A stretch of DNA of 64,000 nt, taken from contig CBDETK010000013.1 of NCBI GenBank assembly GCA_965242865.1, positions 4,992,001 to 5,056,000 on the forward strand, written 5' to 3'. Of this stretch, positions 1-9,174 are shown one piece after another. Source of the stretch: Candidatus Latescibacterota bacterium (GTDB lineage Bacteria; Latescibacterota; UBA2968; UBA8231). Below the pieces are notes generated by a model. That model had not been told where the DNA came from. It made no database searches and saw nothing but the letters and a program-made list of their open reading frames with translations. The position numbers and the translations under genes were made by a program. The stretch's first letter is position 1. The number at the start of each line of letters is the position of its first letter.

Positions 1-861
1 GCGCTCAAACGGGTCCAAGCCATACACGCCGAGCGGCTGATGTTGCTGTTTGCCGAGGCCGTAGAGCCGCACGAGCTAGAGCTAGAAGTCGCCGGGCTGG
101 CGGTGGAGGCACTGTACGCGGCCCCGGATGCAGCCGAGAAAATCTACGTCGAGACAAAAGCGCAAGAACCGGGCCGGCACTATGCCGTGCAGCTCGCGCT
201 CGCCGGGGAACCCGTGCCGTGGGACTCGCCCATCCGCGGCAATGCGCGGCCCGACCGCAAGCCACCCTCGTTTGTCGCGCTGGCTAGGGATCGACTGGCG
301 CCAACAGACGCGCTGGACTTGCTCTTTTCCGAAGCCATGCAGCCGGCCGCGTTGGAAGGATTTTGGACGGAGAGCGATTCAACGCAAGCATTAGCCGGGG
401 ATTGGCTGTGGCCGGCCCCCAATCGCGCCCGCTTTGTGCCGGCCGCGCCCTTGGCACCGGGCGCGTATCGGCTCGCCGGGCCGGCCGCTCGGTTCGTGGA
501 CCGGCCCGGCCATGGCTTGGCCGACAGCCTGCTCGCGCTCTCTTTTACCGTGGGCGCGGAGACTGCGGCGATTCGGGGGCAGGTGCAAGCCGAGGAAACA
601 GGTCGCGTCCGGGTCGCAGCCATCGGCGAAGCCGGGCGGATGTACGCGGAGTGGGCGGACGAAGAGGGGCGGTTTGCGCTGGCCGGGCTGCTAACCGGCA
701 CATACTTGCTGTGGGCGTTTGTCGATCGCGATGGCGACGGCGAGTGGGGCCGCGGCGCGCTCCGCCCGTTTCGCTATTCCGAGCCTTACGGCCGCTACGG
801 CGAGCCGATGGACTTAGACGCGGGTCAAATCGTCGAAGAGGTAGCCATACTATGTCGCTGA
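1..861 (+). CDS. Ig-like (Big_5-type) domain and carboxypeptidase-regulatory-like domain protein, 5' partial
   Basis: Frame is open from the window edge. It has 'LLFSEAM', 'PAAPLAPGAYRL' and C-terminal 'GRFALAGLLTGTYLLWAFVDRDGDGEW..G...PFRYSEPY', typical of FCB Ig-like proteins. Confidence 0.6.
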   Translation, partial: ALKRVQAIHAERLMLLFAEAVEPHELELEVAGLAVEALYAAPDAAEKIYVETKAQEPGRHYAVQLALAGEPVPWDSPIRGNARPDRKPPSFVALARDRLAPTDALDLLFSEAMQPAALEGFWTESDSTQALAGDWLWPAPNRARFVPAAPLAPGAYRLAGPAARFVDRPGHGLADSLLALSFTVGAETAAIRGQVQAEETGRVRVAAIGEAGRMYAEWADEEGRFALAGLLTGTYLLWAFVDRDGDGEWGRGALRPFRYSEPYGRYGEPMDLDAGQIVEEVAILCR

Positions 862-1208
862 GACTGATCGAGGTGGGGCTGTTGCTGTTGCTGCTGATAG
901 GGCTGGGGGTTGTGCATTTTTCTCGCTTGACCCCTCACGAGCGGCGCTTGATCCAATTGGAGGCGCGGTTAGAGCAACTCTACTTGACCGAAAAGGCCCA
1001 TTTTGCCCAGTACGGCCGCTACTTCGACCCAAATGACGAGAGGATCCGGCGCGCTTGGTGGCGGGTAGAGGACTATGCTTGGGAGTTGCGAGCGGTCAAC
1101 GAGGGGTTCTGGTTGGCGGTGCAGGCCGACTTGGACGGGGATGGCCAGCGCGGGGCTTGGGCCATAGATGCTGCACACCCGCAGGTAAAGACCCTGACCC
1201 AAGACTGA
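852..1208 (+). CDS. Small pilin-like membrane protein
   Basis: ATG at 852 overlaps the upstream stop. N-terminal 'LIEVGLLLLLLIGLG' hydrophobic helix, 'LYLTEKAHFAQYGRY' and 'ADLDGDGQRGAWAID' resemble type IV pilin globular domains. Confidence 0.5.
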   Translation: MSLRLIEVGLLLLLLIGLGVVHFSRLTPHERRLIQLEARLEQLYLTEKAHFAQYGRYFDPNDERIRRAWWRVEDYAWELRAVNEGFWLAVQADLDGDGQRGAWAIDAAHPQVKTLTQD

Positions 1209-1221
1209 GAAGCGCTCGCCG

Positions 1222-2013
1222 TCAGACGGCGATTTCCATGCGGATCGAGGGATGGGGATGGTAGTTGAGTAGCTTGAAGTCGTCGTAGCGGAAGCCGAAA
1301 ATCGACTGGCCGCGATTTTTAATGGTCATCACCGGCAGCGGCCGGGGCGGGCGGGCGAGTTGTTGCCGAAGCGCGGCGATGTGGTTGCGATAGATGTGGA
1401 CGTCGCCGCCGGTCCAGACGAATTCCCCGGGTTGCAAGCCGCAGACTTGGGCCATCATCAGGGTCAGCAGGCTATAGCTGGCGATATTGAACGGCACACC
1501 AAGCCCCACATCGCACGAGCGTTGATAGAGCTGGCAGGAAAGCCGACCGCGGGCGACGAAAAACTGGAACAAGCAGTGGCAGGGCATCAGGGCCATTTGG
1601 TCCAACTCGCCGACGTTCCACGCGCTGACGAGGATGCGGCGCGAATCCGGGTCGGTCTTAATCAGGTCAACGGCGCGTTGAATTTGGTCGATGGGGCCGT
1701 CCTCGGTGGCCCAGTTGCGCCACTGCTTGCCGTAGATGGGGCCGAGGTCGCCGCATTCGTCGGCCCATTCGTCCCAGATGCGGACGTTTTCTCGTTGCAA
1801 ATAGGCCGTGTTGGTGTCGCCCTTGAGGAACCACAAGAGTTCGTGGATGATGGAGCGCAAATGCAGCTTCTTGGTGGTCAGGCACGGGAACCCGGCCGCG
1901 AGGTCAAAGCGCATCTGATAGCCTAAGATGGCGAGGGTGCCGACGCCCGTGCGGTCGGCTTTGGCTGCGCCGTGGTCGAGGCAATGGCCTACGAGGTCGA
2001 GGTATTGTCGCAT
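1222..2013 (-). CDS. thyA: Thymidylate synthase
   Basis: [50 protein letters not shown] motifs; 263 aa. Confidence 0.98.
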   Translation of the reverse strand: MRQYLDLVGHCLDHGAAKADRTGVGTLAILGYQMRFDLAAGFPCLTTKKLHLRSIIHELLWFLKGDTNTAYLQRENVRIWDEWADECGDLGPIYGKQWRNWATEDGPIDQIQRAVDLIKTDPDSRRILVSAWNVGELDQMALMPCHCLFQFFVARGRLSCQLYQRSCDVGLGVPFNIASYSLLTLMMAQVCGLQPGEFVWTGGDVHIYRNHIAALRQQLARPPRPLPVMTIKNRGQSIFGFRYDDFKLLNYHPHPSIRMEIAV

Positions 2014-2035
2014 GGTGGAAGCTGGTGGCCGCCAG

Positions 2036-2284
2036 CTAAGACAGGAAGCGCAGTATGGCCGCTGTCGCGCCGGCGCTGGCTATCAGCAGCCCGCCCAAGC
2101 GCAGCAAGAGGCGCGTCTCCATGGCCCTGATTTCGCTTCTGAGTTCCTGCACGTTGGCTTTGACGGCGGCTATGTCGGCTTTGACGGCGATGACATCCGC
2201 TTTGGTGGCAAGGTGTTCATAGGCGCCTTCGAGCCTGCTGACGCGCTCTTCGGTAGAAGTCATTTTCATCTCCTTGGTTTTCAC
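2036..2284 (-). CDS. DUF1640/CCDC90-like small coiled-coil protein with C-terminal TM anchor
   Basis: [19 protein letters not shown] beta-layer-like motif, heptads and hydrophobic C-terminus. The true start may be a few codons downstream. Confidence 0.7.
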   Translation of the reverse strand: MKTKEMKMTSTEERVSRLEGAYEHLATKADVIAVKADIAAVKANVQELRSEIRAMETRLLLRLGGLLIASAGATAAILRFLS

Positions 2285-2373
2285 GATTGGTAGCGATGCT
2301 CTCTTATTGTATGGGTTTCGCCGCCCCTGTCAAAGGCGTTTGTGCGGTCCGCGCCGCGCCCATTCTTGGCAGG

Positions 2374-2402
2374 TTGACAGGATCTTGTGGGCCGCGTACT
2401 TT
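2374..2402 (+). promoter_or_regulatory. Sigma70 promoter for tRNA-Cys/tRNA-Leu
   Basis: TTGACA-17 bp-TACTTT, 15 bp upstream of the tRNA. Confidence 0.75.
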
Positions 2403-2417
2403 CAAATTTCTGTTCGA

Positions 2418-2491
2418 GGCGACGTGGCCAAGTGGTAAGGCAGGGGCCTGCAAAGCCCTTATCCCCGGTTCGATTCCGGGCGTCGCCTCCA
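2418..2491 (+). tRNA. tRNA-Cys(GCA)
   Basis: GGCGACG/CGTCGCC acceptor stem, anticodon loop CTGCAAA, GGTTCGATTCC T-loop, encoded CCA. Confidence 0.97.
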
Positions 2492-2506
2492 TTTTTTTGC
2501 CCGTGT

Positions 2507-2594
2507 GCCGGGGTGGCGGAATTGGTAGACGCGGTGGACTTAAAATCCACTGTCCGCTTAGGACGTGCCGGTTCGAGTCCGGCCCTCGGCACCA
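2507..2594 (+). tRNA. tRNA-Leu(TAA)
   Basis: GTGGA-CTTAAAA-TCCAC anticodon arm, long variable arm, GGTTCGAGTCC, CCA end. Confidence 0.97.
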
Positions 2595-2625
2595 GCATTT
2601 TAGTCATTAAAAAGGAAGGGACGCC

Positions 2626-3681
2626 ATGACCGCCAACAGACCGTACGCCCTGCGCGCTGTCCCCGGCTTGTACGCCAGCGAGCCGGGAATCCAAGTCGCC
2701 GTCCAGACCTCACACGCGGCCAGCGACGAGGATTTGCAATTTTTTCAACAACTCGGCGTTGAGTGGGCCATGCTCGGGGTGGACGACCCCGCGTTGCACA
2801 GCGTCGAACACTACCAGCAGTTCGTCGAGCGTTTTGCCCAATACGGCCTGCAGATCTACCGCATCGCCAATCACGCGGTCCACAACGTCCCGGAGATTAC
2901 GCTCAACCTGCCCGGCCGCGACGAGAAGGTCGCAGAGCTAATCCAGTTCATCCGCGACCTCGGCGCCGCAGGCATCCGCTACCACACCTATGCCCACATG
3001 GGCAACGGCATCTGGAGCACCGGCCGCACCACCGGCCGCGGCGGCATGAGCGCGCGCACCCTCGACATCAAAAACGCCCAAGGCCGCTGGGGCAGCGAGA
3101 CCTTTACTGGCGACCTGACCCATGGCCGTGCGTACACAGAAGATGAGCTATGGGAAAACTACGAGTACCTGATCCGCAAGGTGGCTCCAGTCGCCGAGGA
3201 AGCCGGGGTCTATATCGGCATCCACCCCGACGACCCGCCGGTCTATGCTCTAGGCGGCATACCGCGCTGCATCTTTGGCAACTTCGCTGGGTACAAGCGC
3301 GCTATGGACATCGCCGACAGCCCCAATATCGGCGTCTGTCTGTGCGTTGGCTGCTGGCTGGAGGGGGGTAAGCAGGGCATGGGGGCGTCGGTCGAAGAGG
3401 CGATTCACTACTTTGGGGCGCGCAAAAAGCTCTTCAAAATCCACTTCCGCAACGTCTCCAATCCCATGCCCGACCCGTGGGCCGAAACCCTGATGGACGA
3501 CGGCTATCAGGACATGCACCGCGTGATGCAGGCTCTGCGGGCGGTCGAGTTCGATGGCGCGATCATTCCCGACCACATCCCCGAGCTGATCGGCGGAAGT
3601 CGCGCCGGCGTCGCGTACTCCATCGCTTACATGCGGGCGCTGGTACAGGCCGTCAACAACGAAAGCGGCGGCCCGGCCTAG
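2626..3681 (+). CDS. Mannonate dehydratase (UxuA) family protein
   Basis: 'LWENYEYLIRKVAPVAEEAGVYIGIHPDDPP', 'KIHFRNV', 'IIPDHIP' motifs; AAGGAAGG RBS. Confidence 0.88.
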   Translation: MTANRPYALRAVPGLYASEPGIQVAVQTSHAASDEDLQFFQQLGVEWAMLGVDDPALHSVEHYQQFVERFAQYGLQIYRIANHAVHNVPEITLNLPGRDEKVAELIQFIRDLGAAGIRYHTYAHMGNGIWSTGRTTGRGGMSARTLDIKNAQGRWGSETFTGDLTHGRAYTEDELWENYEYLIRKVAPVAEEAGVYIGIHPDDPPVYALGGIPRCIFGNFAGYKRAMDIADSPNIGVCLCVGCWLEGGKQGMGASVEEAIHYFGARKKLFKIHFRNVSNPMPDPWAETLMDDGYQDMHRVMQALRAVEFDGAIIPDHIPELIGGSRAGVAYSIAYMRALVQAVNNESGGPA

Positions 3682-3701
3682 CCGCGGGTAAATGTACGCG
3701 A

Positions 3702-3725
3702 GTATGGGCGAATAATTATTCGCCC
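3702..3725 (+). repeat. REP-like palindrome between convergent genes
   Basis: GTAT followed by the perfect 20-bp palindrome GGGCGAATAATTATTCGCCC. Confidence 0.55.
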
Positions 3726-3750
3726 TTCCATGCCCCTGCACTATCCATGC

Positions 3751-5382
3751 CTACCGAATACCCAGCGCGATGCTCGATGGAATATTCAATCCCGGGATGG
3801 GGAGGTCTTCGACCTGTAAGTCATTTACATTTAGGTTCGCCCGCTGAATCTTAGCCGTGGCAAGGTCTGTCCAGTACACCTTTCCGCCTGCCAAATCCAG
3901 CGCGATGCCCGCTGGATCACCCAATCCCGGGATGAGGAGGTCTTCGACCTGTAAGCCATTTAGGTTCGCCCGCTGAATTTTATTCGTGGTAGAGTCTGTC
4001 CAGTACATCCTTCCGCGAGTCAAATCCAGCGCGATACCCTGTGGCGTCATCAATCCCGGGATGGGGAGGTCTTCGACCTGTCTGCCATTCAGGTTGGCCC
4101 GCTGAATTTTATTCGTGCCAGTGTCTGTCCAGTATATCTTTCCGCGAGTCAAATCCAGCGCGATACCCTGTGGCGTCATCAATCCCGTAATGAGGTCTTG
4201 GATCTGTCTGCCATTCAGGTTGGCCCGCTGAATTTTATCTGTGCCCCAGTCTGCCCAGTACATCCTTCCGCTCACCAAATCCAGCGCGATGCCCGATGGA
4301 TTACTACCTATTCCCGTGTTGATGAGGTCTTCGACCTGTGAACCATCGAGATTGGCCCGCTGAATTTTTTTTCTGTTCCAGTCTGTCCAGTACATCTTTC
4401 CACGCACCAAATCCAGCGCGATGCCCGATGGCGTACCCACGGTGGTGAGGTGTTCGACCTGTGAGCCATTTAGGTTGGCCCGCCGAATCATACCCGTGCC
4501 ATTGTCCGTCCAGTATAGGGCGGGCACTTGTACGACGGGTGGTTCCGTCGATTCCGGTTGGACGGTTTCGACGCGGGGGTATTTTTCGATCACCGCTTCG
4601 ACGCGGAGGCCGCTGGCGATTGCGGCGGCGAGCTGTTGGTTGGCGGCGTGCTGGCTGAGGGCGTTTTCCATCACGCCCAGCCATTGCAAGTTAGTCAGGC
4701 TCGCCAACGGACTGATATCCGCAATCTCGTTGTCTCCTAGCTGGAGCCATTGCAGGTTCGTTAGGCCGGCTAACGGCTGCACATCCGTAATTTCGTTGCC
4801 CCACAGCGACAGCTTCTGAAGGTTGATAAGACCCGCCAGCGGACTGACGTCCGCAACCTCGTTGCCCCACAGCGACAGCGATTGCAGGTTGGTCAAGCTG
4901 GCCAACGGACTCACGTCCGTAATCGCGTTGTCCCGCAGATACAGCGTGTGCAGCGCCGTTGCGTGTTCGAGGCCGGCCACGCTCTCAATGTTTTTATGGC
5001 TCGCGTCGAGTTCGGTCAGGGCCGCCAAGTCTGCCGGGGTCAGGGGCCCTGACGGGCGATCCAACGCCTCCCGCACTGCCTGCTCCAGATTGGCGTCGGC
5101 GAACTCAACGACCGCCGATTGGGTGCTGTCAGCGTCAGCGTCGGCTTCAGTCTCGGTGCTATCAGCTTCGGCTTCGGTTTGGGTGGTGTCAGGGCTTTCG
5201 GGGGCGGCCAGTCCGTCGGTAGCGGTGTAGGTGTCGTCGCCCAAGAATTCGCATAAGGAACAGGTGGCTTTGCCGGCAGGACGAGAAGCGACCGGCGCGG
5301 AGTCTGAGCAGCCCATCCAAGCACCGACGACGCCCAAAAGGACGAACGCAAACAGGGTTTTTACCGATTTCAACAAAGACAT
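3751..5382 (-). CDS. Lipoprotein with internalin-type leucine-rich repeats and a six-bladed YWTD (LDL-receptor class B) beta-propeller
   Basis: GGAG RBS before ATG 5382; lipobox-like 'AWMGC'; 'FADANLEQAVREAL' LRR cap, 22-aa LRRs (LxxLxLxxNxIxDVSPLA); six YWT/AD repeats about 43 aa apart. Confidence 0.9.
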   Translation of the reverse strand: MSLLKSVKTLFAFVLLGVVGAWMGCSDSAPVASRPAGKATCSLCEFLGDDTYTATDGLAAPESPDTTQTEAEADSTETEADADADSTQSAVVEFADANLEQAVREALDRPSGPLTPADLAALTELDASHKNIESVAGLEHATALHTLYLRDNAITDVSPLASLTNLQSLSLWGNEVADVSPLAGLINLQKLSLWGNEITDVQPLAGLTNLQWLQLGDNEIADISPLASLTNLQWLGVMENALSQHAANQQLAAAIASGLRVEAVIEKYPRVETVQPESTEPPVVQVPALYWTDNGTGMIRRANLNGSQVEHLTTVGTPSGIALDLVRGKMYWTDWNRKKIQRANLDGSQVEDLINTGIGSNPSGIALDLVSGRMYWADWGTDKIQRANLNGRQIQDLITGLMTPQGIALDLTRGKIYWTDTGTNKIQRANLNGRQVEDLPIPGLMTPQGIALDLTRGRMYWTDSTTNKIQRANLNGLQVEDLLIPGLGDPAGIALDLAGGKVYWTDLATAKIQRANLNVNDLQVEDLPIPGLNIPSSIALGIR

Positions 5383-5645
5383 TTTTTGCTCCTTTATATG
5401 GTTAGGGAAGAAATGGTATGCAGGTTGGAAGAGGGGCATGACGCACCCAAAGAGGCGGGGCGCATCCTAGGGCGATACTTGGACAGGCCCCAGCCTAAGG
5501 ACACGGCGTACAGACGAAGGCCGACCGGCCGCGGGCGGTTTGGGGCCACGCGGCCAGACCGGCGCGACGCCCAACGGCCGCACACGAGCCGTCGGCCGAT
5601 GCTGAGAAGTAGAGAGTGTAGTGCTAGTGCTAGAGGAGAATTTTC

Positions 5646-5653
5646 GGGGGGGG
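5646..5653 (-). repeat. C8 homopolymer inside a short leader ORF (MCRKSLKNNDLPPP...)
   Basis: G8 on the + strand. The minus-strand ATG at 5686 reads through the tract. Confidence 0.6.
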
Positions 5654-5880
5654 TAAATCGTTGTTTTTCAAGGACTTACGACACATTAAATCGGCAATGA
5701 ATCCAAGCACCCAACAAGGCCTGGCCCTCGCAGCAAGGCCCCGGTCTGATGTGAAATGCTCACCCATGGTCTCGTTCATTCGCCAACCCCAAATTGGCCG
5801 CCAAAATGCGGTTTACAGTTTGTGTAATCACCCAAATTAGTACGCTACAAAATACGATGCACAATCATCAACGTCCGGTT

Positions 5881-6096
5881 TTATAAATACTTCATAAGCG
5901 TTACCGCTACGCCCACCGCGACTATCGTAATATAGAGATTGCGAGTTAATCCCTTATATATTTCTATTTTGAGTTCGGCTTTGAGTTCGGCTATATCGGC
6001 TTTGAGTTCCGCTACATCGGCTTTCGTCGCTAAATGCTGATACACCCCCTCAAGCCGAGATAGACGCTCTTCCGACGTTTGAGGTTCGACATTCAT
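5881..6096 (-). CDS. DUF1640/CCDC90-like small coiled-coil protein (paralog of 2036..2284)
   Basis: AGGAGG RBS before ATG 6096; [31 protein letters not shown]; C-terminal TM. Confidence 0.75.
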   Translation of the reverse strand: MNVEPQTSEERLSRLEGVYQHLATKADVAELKADIAELKAELKIEIYKGLTRNLYITIVAVGVAVTLMKYL

Positions 6097-6251
6097 GATT
6101 TCCTCCTTTGATTCGTGTCCACCGGTCATAGAGAATAATAGAAAATAGAGGATTATTCCAATCTATTTTTCTTGAACTTGACGCGGGCACTGCGAAGAAA
6201 GACCGATGGGTTCCAATCCCAATCGGCGGCCCGCCCTAGCCGCGCGGCGCG

Positions 6252-6280
6252 TTGACTTTGATCGCAACAGCCCCTAATTT
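6252..6280 (+). promoter_or_regulatory. Sigma70 promoter for the tRNA-Arg/tRNA-His operon
   Basis: TTGACT-17 bp-TAATTT. Confidence 0.6.
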
Positions 6281-6310
6281 TTTGAACGCTTTTTAGCGGT
6301 TTGTGGTGCT

Positions 6311-6387
6311 GTGCCCATAGCTCAGTTGGATAGAGCATCTGCCTTCTAAGCAGACGGTCGTAGGTTCGAGTCCTACTGGGCACGCCA
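6311..6387 (+). tRNA. tRNA-Arg(TCT)
   Basis: TCTGC-CTTCTAA-GCAGA anticodon arm, TAGCTCAGTTGGATAGAGC D-arm, CCA end. Confidence 0.97.
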
Positions 6388-6404
6388 TGCAGGTCCCAGT
6401 TAGT

Positions 6405-6482
6405 GGTGGGTGTAGCTCAGTTGGTTAGAGCGCCAGGTTGTGGCCCTGGAGGGCGCGGGTTCAATTCCCGTCATCCACCCCA
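6405..6482 (+). tRNA. tRNA-His(GTG)
   Basis: G-1 plus GTGGGTG/CATCCAC acceptor stem, CCAGG-TTGTGGC-CCTGG anticodon arm, CCA end. Confidence 0.96.
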
Positions 6483-6503
6483 TCTTGCCCCTCGTCCTTG
6501 CCC

Positions 6504-7004
6504 ATGCAGTCGCCGTTGGCCGGTCCCGCCAAAATCATTACTTGCGACCAATTGCTCGCCATCCGCAGCCAATTCAAAAAAGCGCGGCAGACCTTCGTCT
6601 TTACCAATGGATGCTTTGACCTGCTACACCGCGGCCACGTCGAGTATTTGCGTGCGGCCCGCGCCTTGGGCGATTGCCTCGCAGTGGGATTAAACGACGA
6701 CGCTGGGGTCCGCGCCCTCAAGGGACGAGGCCGCCCCCTGTGCCCGCAAGGCGACCGCGCCGCTGTACTCGCGGCCTTAGAGTGCGTTTCGCATGTGTGC
6801 ATCTTTTCGGGGGAGAGCGTCGAGCACCTCGTAGGCGCGCTCGCGCCCGATGTTTTGGTCAAGGGCGGCGATTACGACCCGGCCGCCATCGTCGGCCAGG
6901 CGCTGGTCAAAGCGTGCGGCGGCCAAGTGCGCGCCCTGCGGCTGTGGCCGGGCATTTCCACCACCCAATTAGTCGAGCGCATCCGGGCGTTGCCCCGTGC
7001 GTGA
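6504..7004 (+). CDS. rfaE2: D-glycero-beta-D-manno-heptose 1-phosphate adenylyltransferase (RfaE domain II)
   Basis: VFTNGCFDLLHRGHV, VGLNDD, LKGRGRP, PDVLVKGGDY, GISTT motifs. Confidence 0.9.
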   Translation: MQSPLAGPAKIITCDQLLAIRSQFKKARQTFVFTNGCFDLLHRGHVEYLRAARALGDCLAVGLNDDAGVRALKGRGRPLCPQGDRAAVLAALECVSHVCIFSGESVEHLVGALAPDVLVKGGDYDPAAIVGQALVKACGGQVRALRLWPGISTTQLVERIRALPRA

Positions 7005-7089
7005 CGCTCCTTGCGAACATTTGGTTTGCAGGGGGGATTGTGCTATATTCAGCGGAGATGGTTCACTTGTGTTTCCAATCAAAAATGCG

Positions 7090-7800
7090 ATGAAAAGCGC
7101 GAAAAGCGCGTGGGCGTTGGTCTTGGGCCTCGGGGCTTGCGCGCCCCAAGTTGAGCAACCCCAGTGGGAAGCGCCCGAGCAAGAGGGAAGCGAAGCCCTC
7201 CAAGCCCTCCAACGGGCGGTTGCGGCTGCGTACGAGCGCGAGCAGACCATGGCCGAGCGCGTGCGCCAGCTAGAAGAATCCAATGCCCAGTTGCGCCAAG
7301 CCCTCAACGCCCTCAAGGGCCAGAGCCGGGTCCTAAGTGCCCGCTTGGATTCGCTGCCCAGCCGGGCAGTGCCCAGTGCCCGCGAGACGCAGGCCGATAC
7401 GCTGGCGGCTGCTGCTGTCGGCACTGGCGATGCGTTCAACATGTACCAAGGCGCGCTCTACTACTATCGCCACGAGCAATACAACCGCGCCTTAGCCGAG
7501 TTTGACCGCTTGCTGCAAGAAGCCCCCATGAGCGAATGGTCCGACAACGCCCAGTACTGGAAGGGCGAGTGCTACTACGGGCTGGGCAAATACCAGCAAG
7601 CCCTCCTCGAATTCACCAAGGTGTTCGCCTTTAGCAACACGGATAAAGCCGACGACGCTCTGCTAAAAATCGCCCGCTGTCACCTCCGGCGGGAAGATCG
7701 CGCCCGGGCGCTTGCGGCCTTGCGCAAGCTGCTCGACGAATACCCGGACAGCGAATACGTGCCCACGGCCCGCGACAAGATAGAGCAGCTCGGCGGTTGA
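7090..7800 (+). CDS. ybgF: Tol-Pal associated TPR lipoprotein (CpoB/YbgF family)
   Basis: LGAC lipobox, coiled coil, TPR 'DNAQYWKGECYY...KADDALLKIA...YPDSEY'. Confidence 0.8.
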   Translation: MKSAKSAWALVLGLGACAPQVEQPQWEAPEQEGSEALQALQRAVAAAYEREQTMAERVRQLEESNAQLRQALNALKGQSRVLSARLDSLPSRAVPSARETQADTLAAAAVGTGDAFNMYQGALYYYRHEQYNRALAEFDRLLQEAPMSEWSDNAQYWKGECYYGLGKYQQALLEFTKVFAFSNTDKADDALLKIARCHLRREDRARALAALRKLLDEYPDSEYVPTARDKIEQLGG

Positions 7801-8423
7801 TGCGAACGGTCGTGCTCCGAGCCTGCTATCGCCTTTGGGCCGCGCTGACGGTCTGTGCCACCGCGGCCGGGGCCGCTCCTTTTCCTACCAATATGGACCT
7901 ATTGGTCGAGACTGTGGCCAGTGCGGTTGATGCGAGTTTGACGCGCATTGAGCTGCCGGCCACGGCTGCGACCGCCCCCTTGTTGGTTGTGGCGCAGAGC
8001 AAGCACGACGCCAATTGGATGATCGAGCACCTGCTGGCCAATCGGCTGCTAACGCGCGGCTTTAGCGTGACCTTGGACTCGACCGCAGCCCAACCGATGA
8101 GCATGCGCCTGTCCTACCGAGTGCTCGACCTCGGCGTCTCCGCGCATGCGGGATTGCGCGGCAGCGAGGTCCGCCGCCAAGGCCGGGTAACGCTCGCCCT
8201 GCGCTTGAGCGACGAGCGCGACGACGTGGTCCACTGGCAGGACGAAATCACCCGCACCCAGCGCGACCGGATCCCCAAAAAGCAGCTAGAAATGCTCCAG
8301 CACGACCAGTTCAAATTCGCCAAGACCGATTTAGAGAAACAAACGTGGAGCAAATTCGTCGAACCTGTGATCGTATCCACCGTGCTCGGTGGGCTTATCT
8401 ACTTGTTCTTTTCCAATCGCTAG
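7800..8423 (+). CDS. Hypothetical exported protein with C-terminal TM anchor
   Basis: Translationally coupled (TGATG); signal-like N-terminus; C-terminal 'FVEPVIVSTVLGGLIYLFFSNR'. Confidence 0.7.
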   Translation: MRTVVLRACYRLWAALTVCATAAGAAPFPTNMDLLVETVASAVDASLTRIELPATAATAPLLVVAQSKHDANWMIEHLLANRLLTRGFSVTLDSTAAQPMSMRLSYRVLDLGVSAHAGLRGSEVRRQGRVTLALRLSDERDDVVHWQDEITRTQRDRIPKKQLEMLQHDQFKFAKTDLEKQTWSKFVEPVIVSTVLGGLIYLFFSNR

Positions 8424-8425
8424 CC

Positions 8426-9172
8426 ATGAAATACCTTGCTTTTTCGCTCGCGCTGGGCGTCGTCGCCTGCGCCAGCACACCGTCGGAGAAACTCCAAGGC
8501 GCGGATTACTACTTTGCCGAAGGCCAAAAGGCCATGCAGAAAAACCGCTGCCTAGAGGCCTCCGAGCACTTCAAGCGCTTAGTCAGCAATTTTCCCGGGT
8601 CGCGGCGGGTCGCCGAGGCCCAGTTCCTCCTCGCCGAATCGTACTTTTGCAGTCGCGATTGGGTCAATGCCGCCTTTGAGTATCAGCGCATCGTCGATAT
8701 TTATCCGTCGAGCGAGTGGGCGGTTGAGGCGCAGTTCAAGGTCGGCGAGTCGTACTTCAAGCAATTGCGCCGCCCCGAGCTCGACCAGAAGGAGACCTTT
8801 GAGGCCCTAACGGCCTTCCGCAACTTTATTGAGGACCACCTCGACTCGCCCTTGGCCGAACAGGCCCGCCAGCGCATTGTCGAGTGCCGGAGCCGCCTCG
8901 CCCAAAAGCAATACTTGAGCGGCCGCCTGTACCACAAACAGGGCTATCTCGACGCAGCCAAAATGACCTATGAGGAAGTGCTGCGCGAGTACCCGGATGT
9001 CGGCGAGTGGTATTACGCGACCCTCTTCCGCATGGGCGAAATTGCCCGCGCCCAAGGCGATGTGGATCTAGCGGTGCGCTACTGGAAGGAAGTGCTGCAA
9101 GACAGCGGCGACCCCAAGCTGGTGGAGGGTGTACAAAAGCACTTGGCTGGCCTGAGCCAATCGCCGGGCTGA
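8426..9172 (+). CDS. bamD: Outer membrane protein assembly factor BamD
   Basis: Lipobox VVAC; TPRs; 'RPELDQKETFEALTAFRNFI' and 'RSRLAQKQY..GRLY' motifs; next to nadD. Confidence 0.88.
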   Translation: MKYLAFSLALGVVACASTPSEKLQGADYYFAEGQKAMQKNRCLEASEHFKRLVSNFPGSRRVAEAQFLLAESYFCSRDWVNAAFEYQRIVDIYPSSEWAVEAQFKVGESYFKQLRRPELDQKETFEALTAFRNFIEDHLDSPLAEQARQRIVECRSRLAQKQYLSGRLYHKQGYLDAAKMTYEEVLREYPDVGEWYYATLFRMGEIARAQGDVDLAVRYWKEVLQDSGDPKLVEGVQKHLAGLSQSPG

Positions 9173-9174
9173 AG

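Noticed and set aside
2281-2694. ORFs overlapping tRNA genes (also 6153..6383 and 6403..6693)
   Set aside because: Spurious translations of tRNA sequence.
3790-4520. ~129-bp direct repeats suggesting a DGR template/variable pair
   Set aside because: They are in-frame YWTD blades. Differences are not adenine-restricted and there is no reverse transcriptase in the window.
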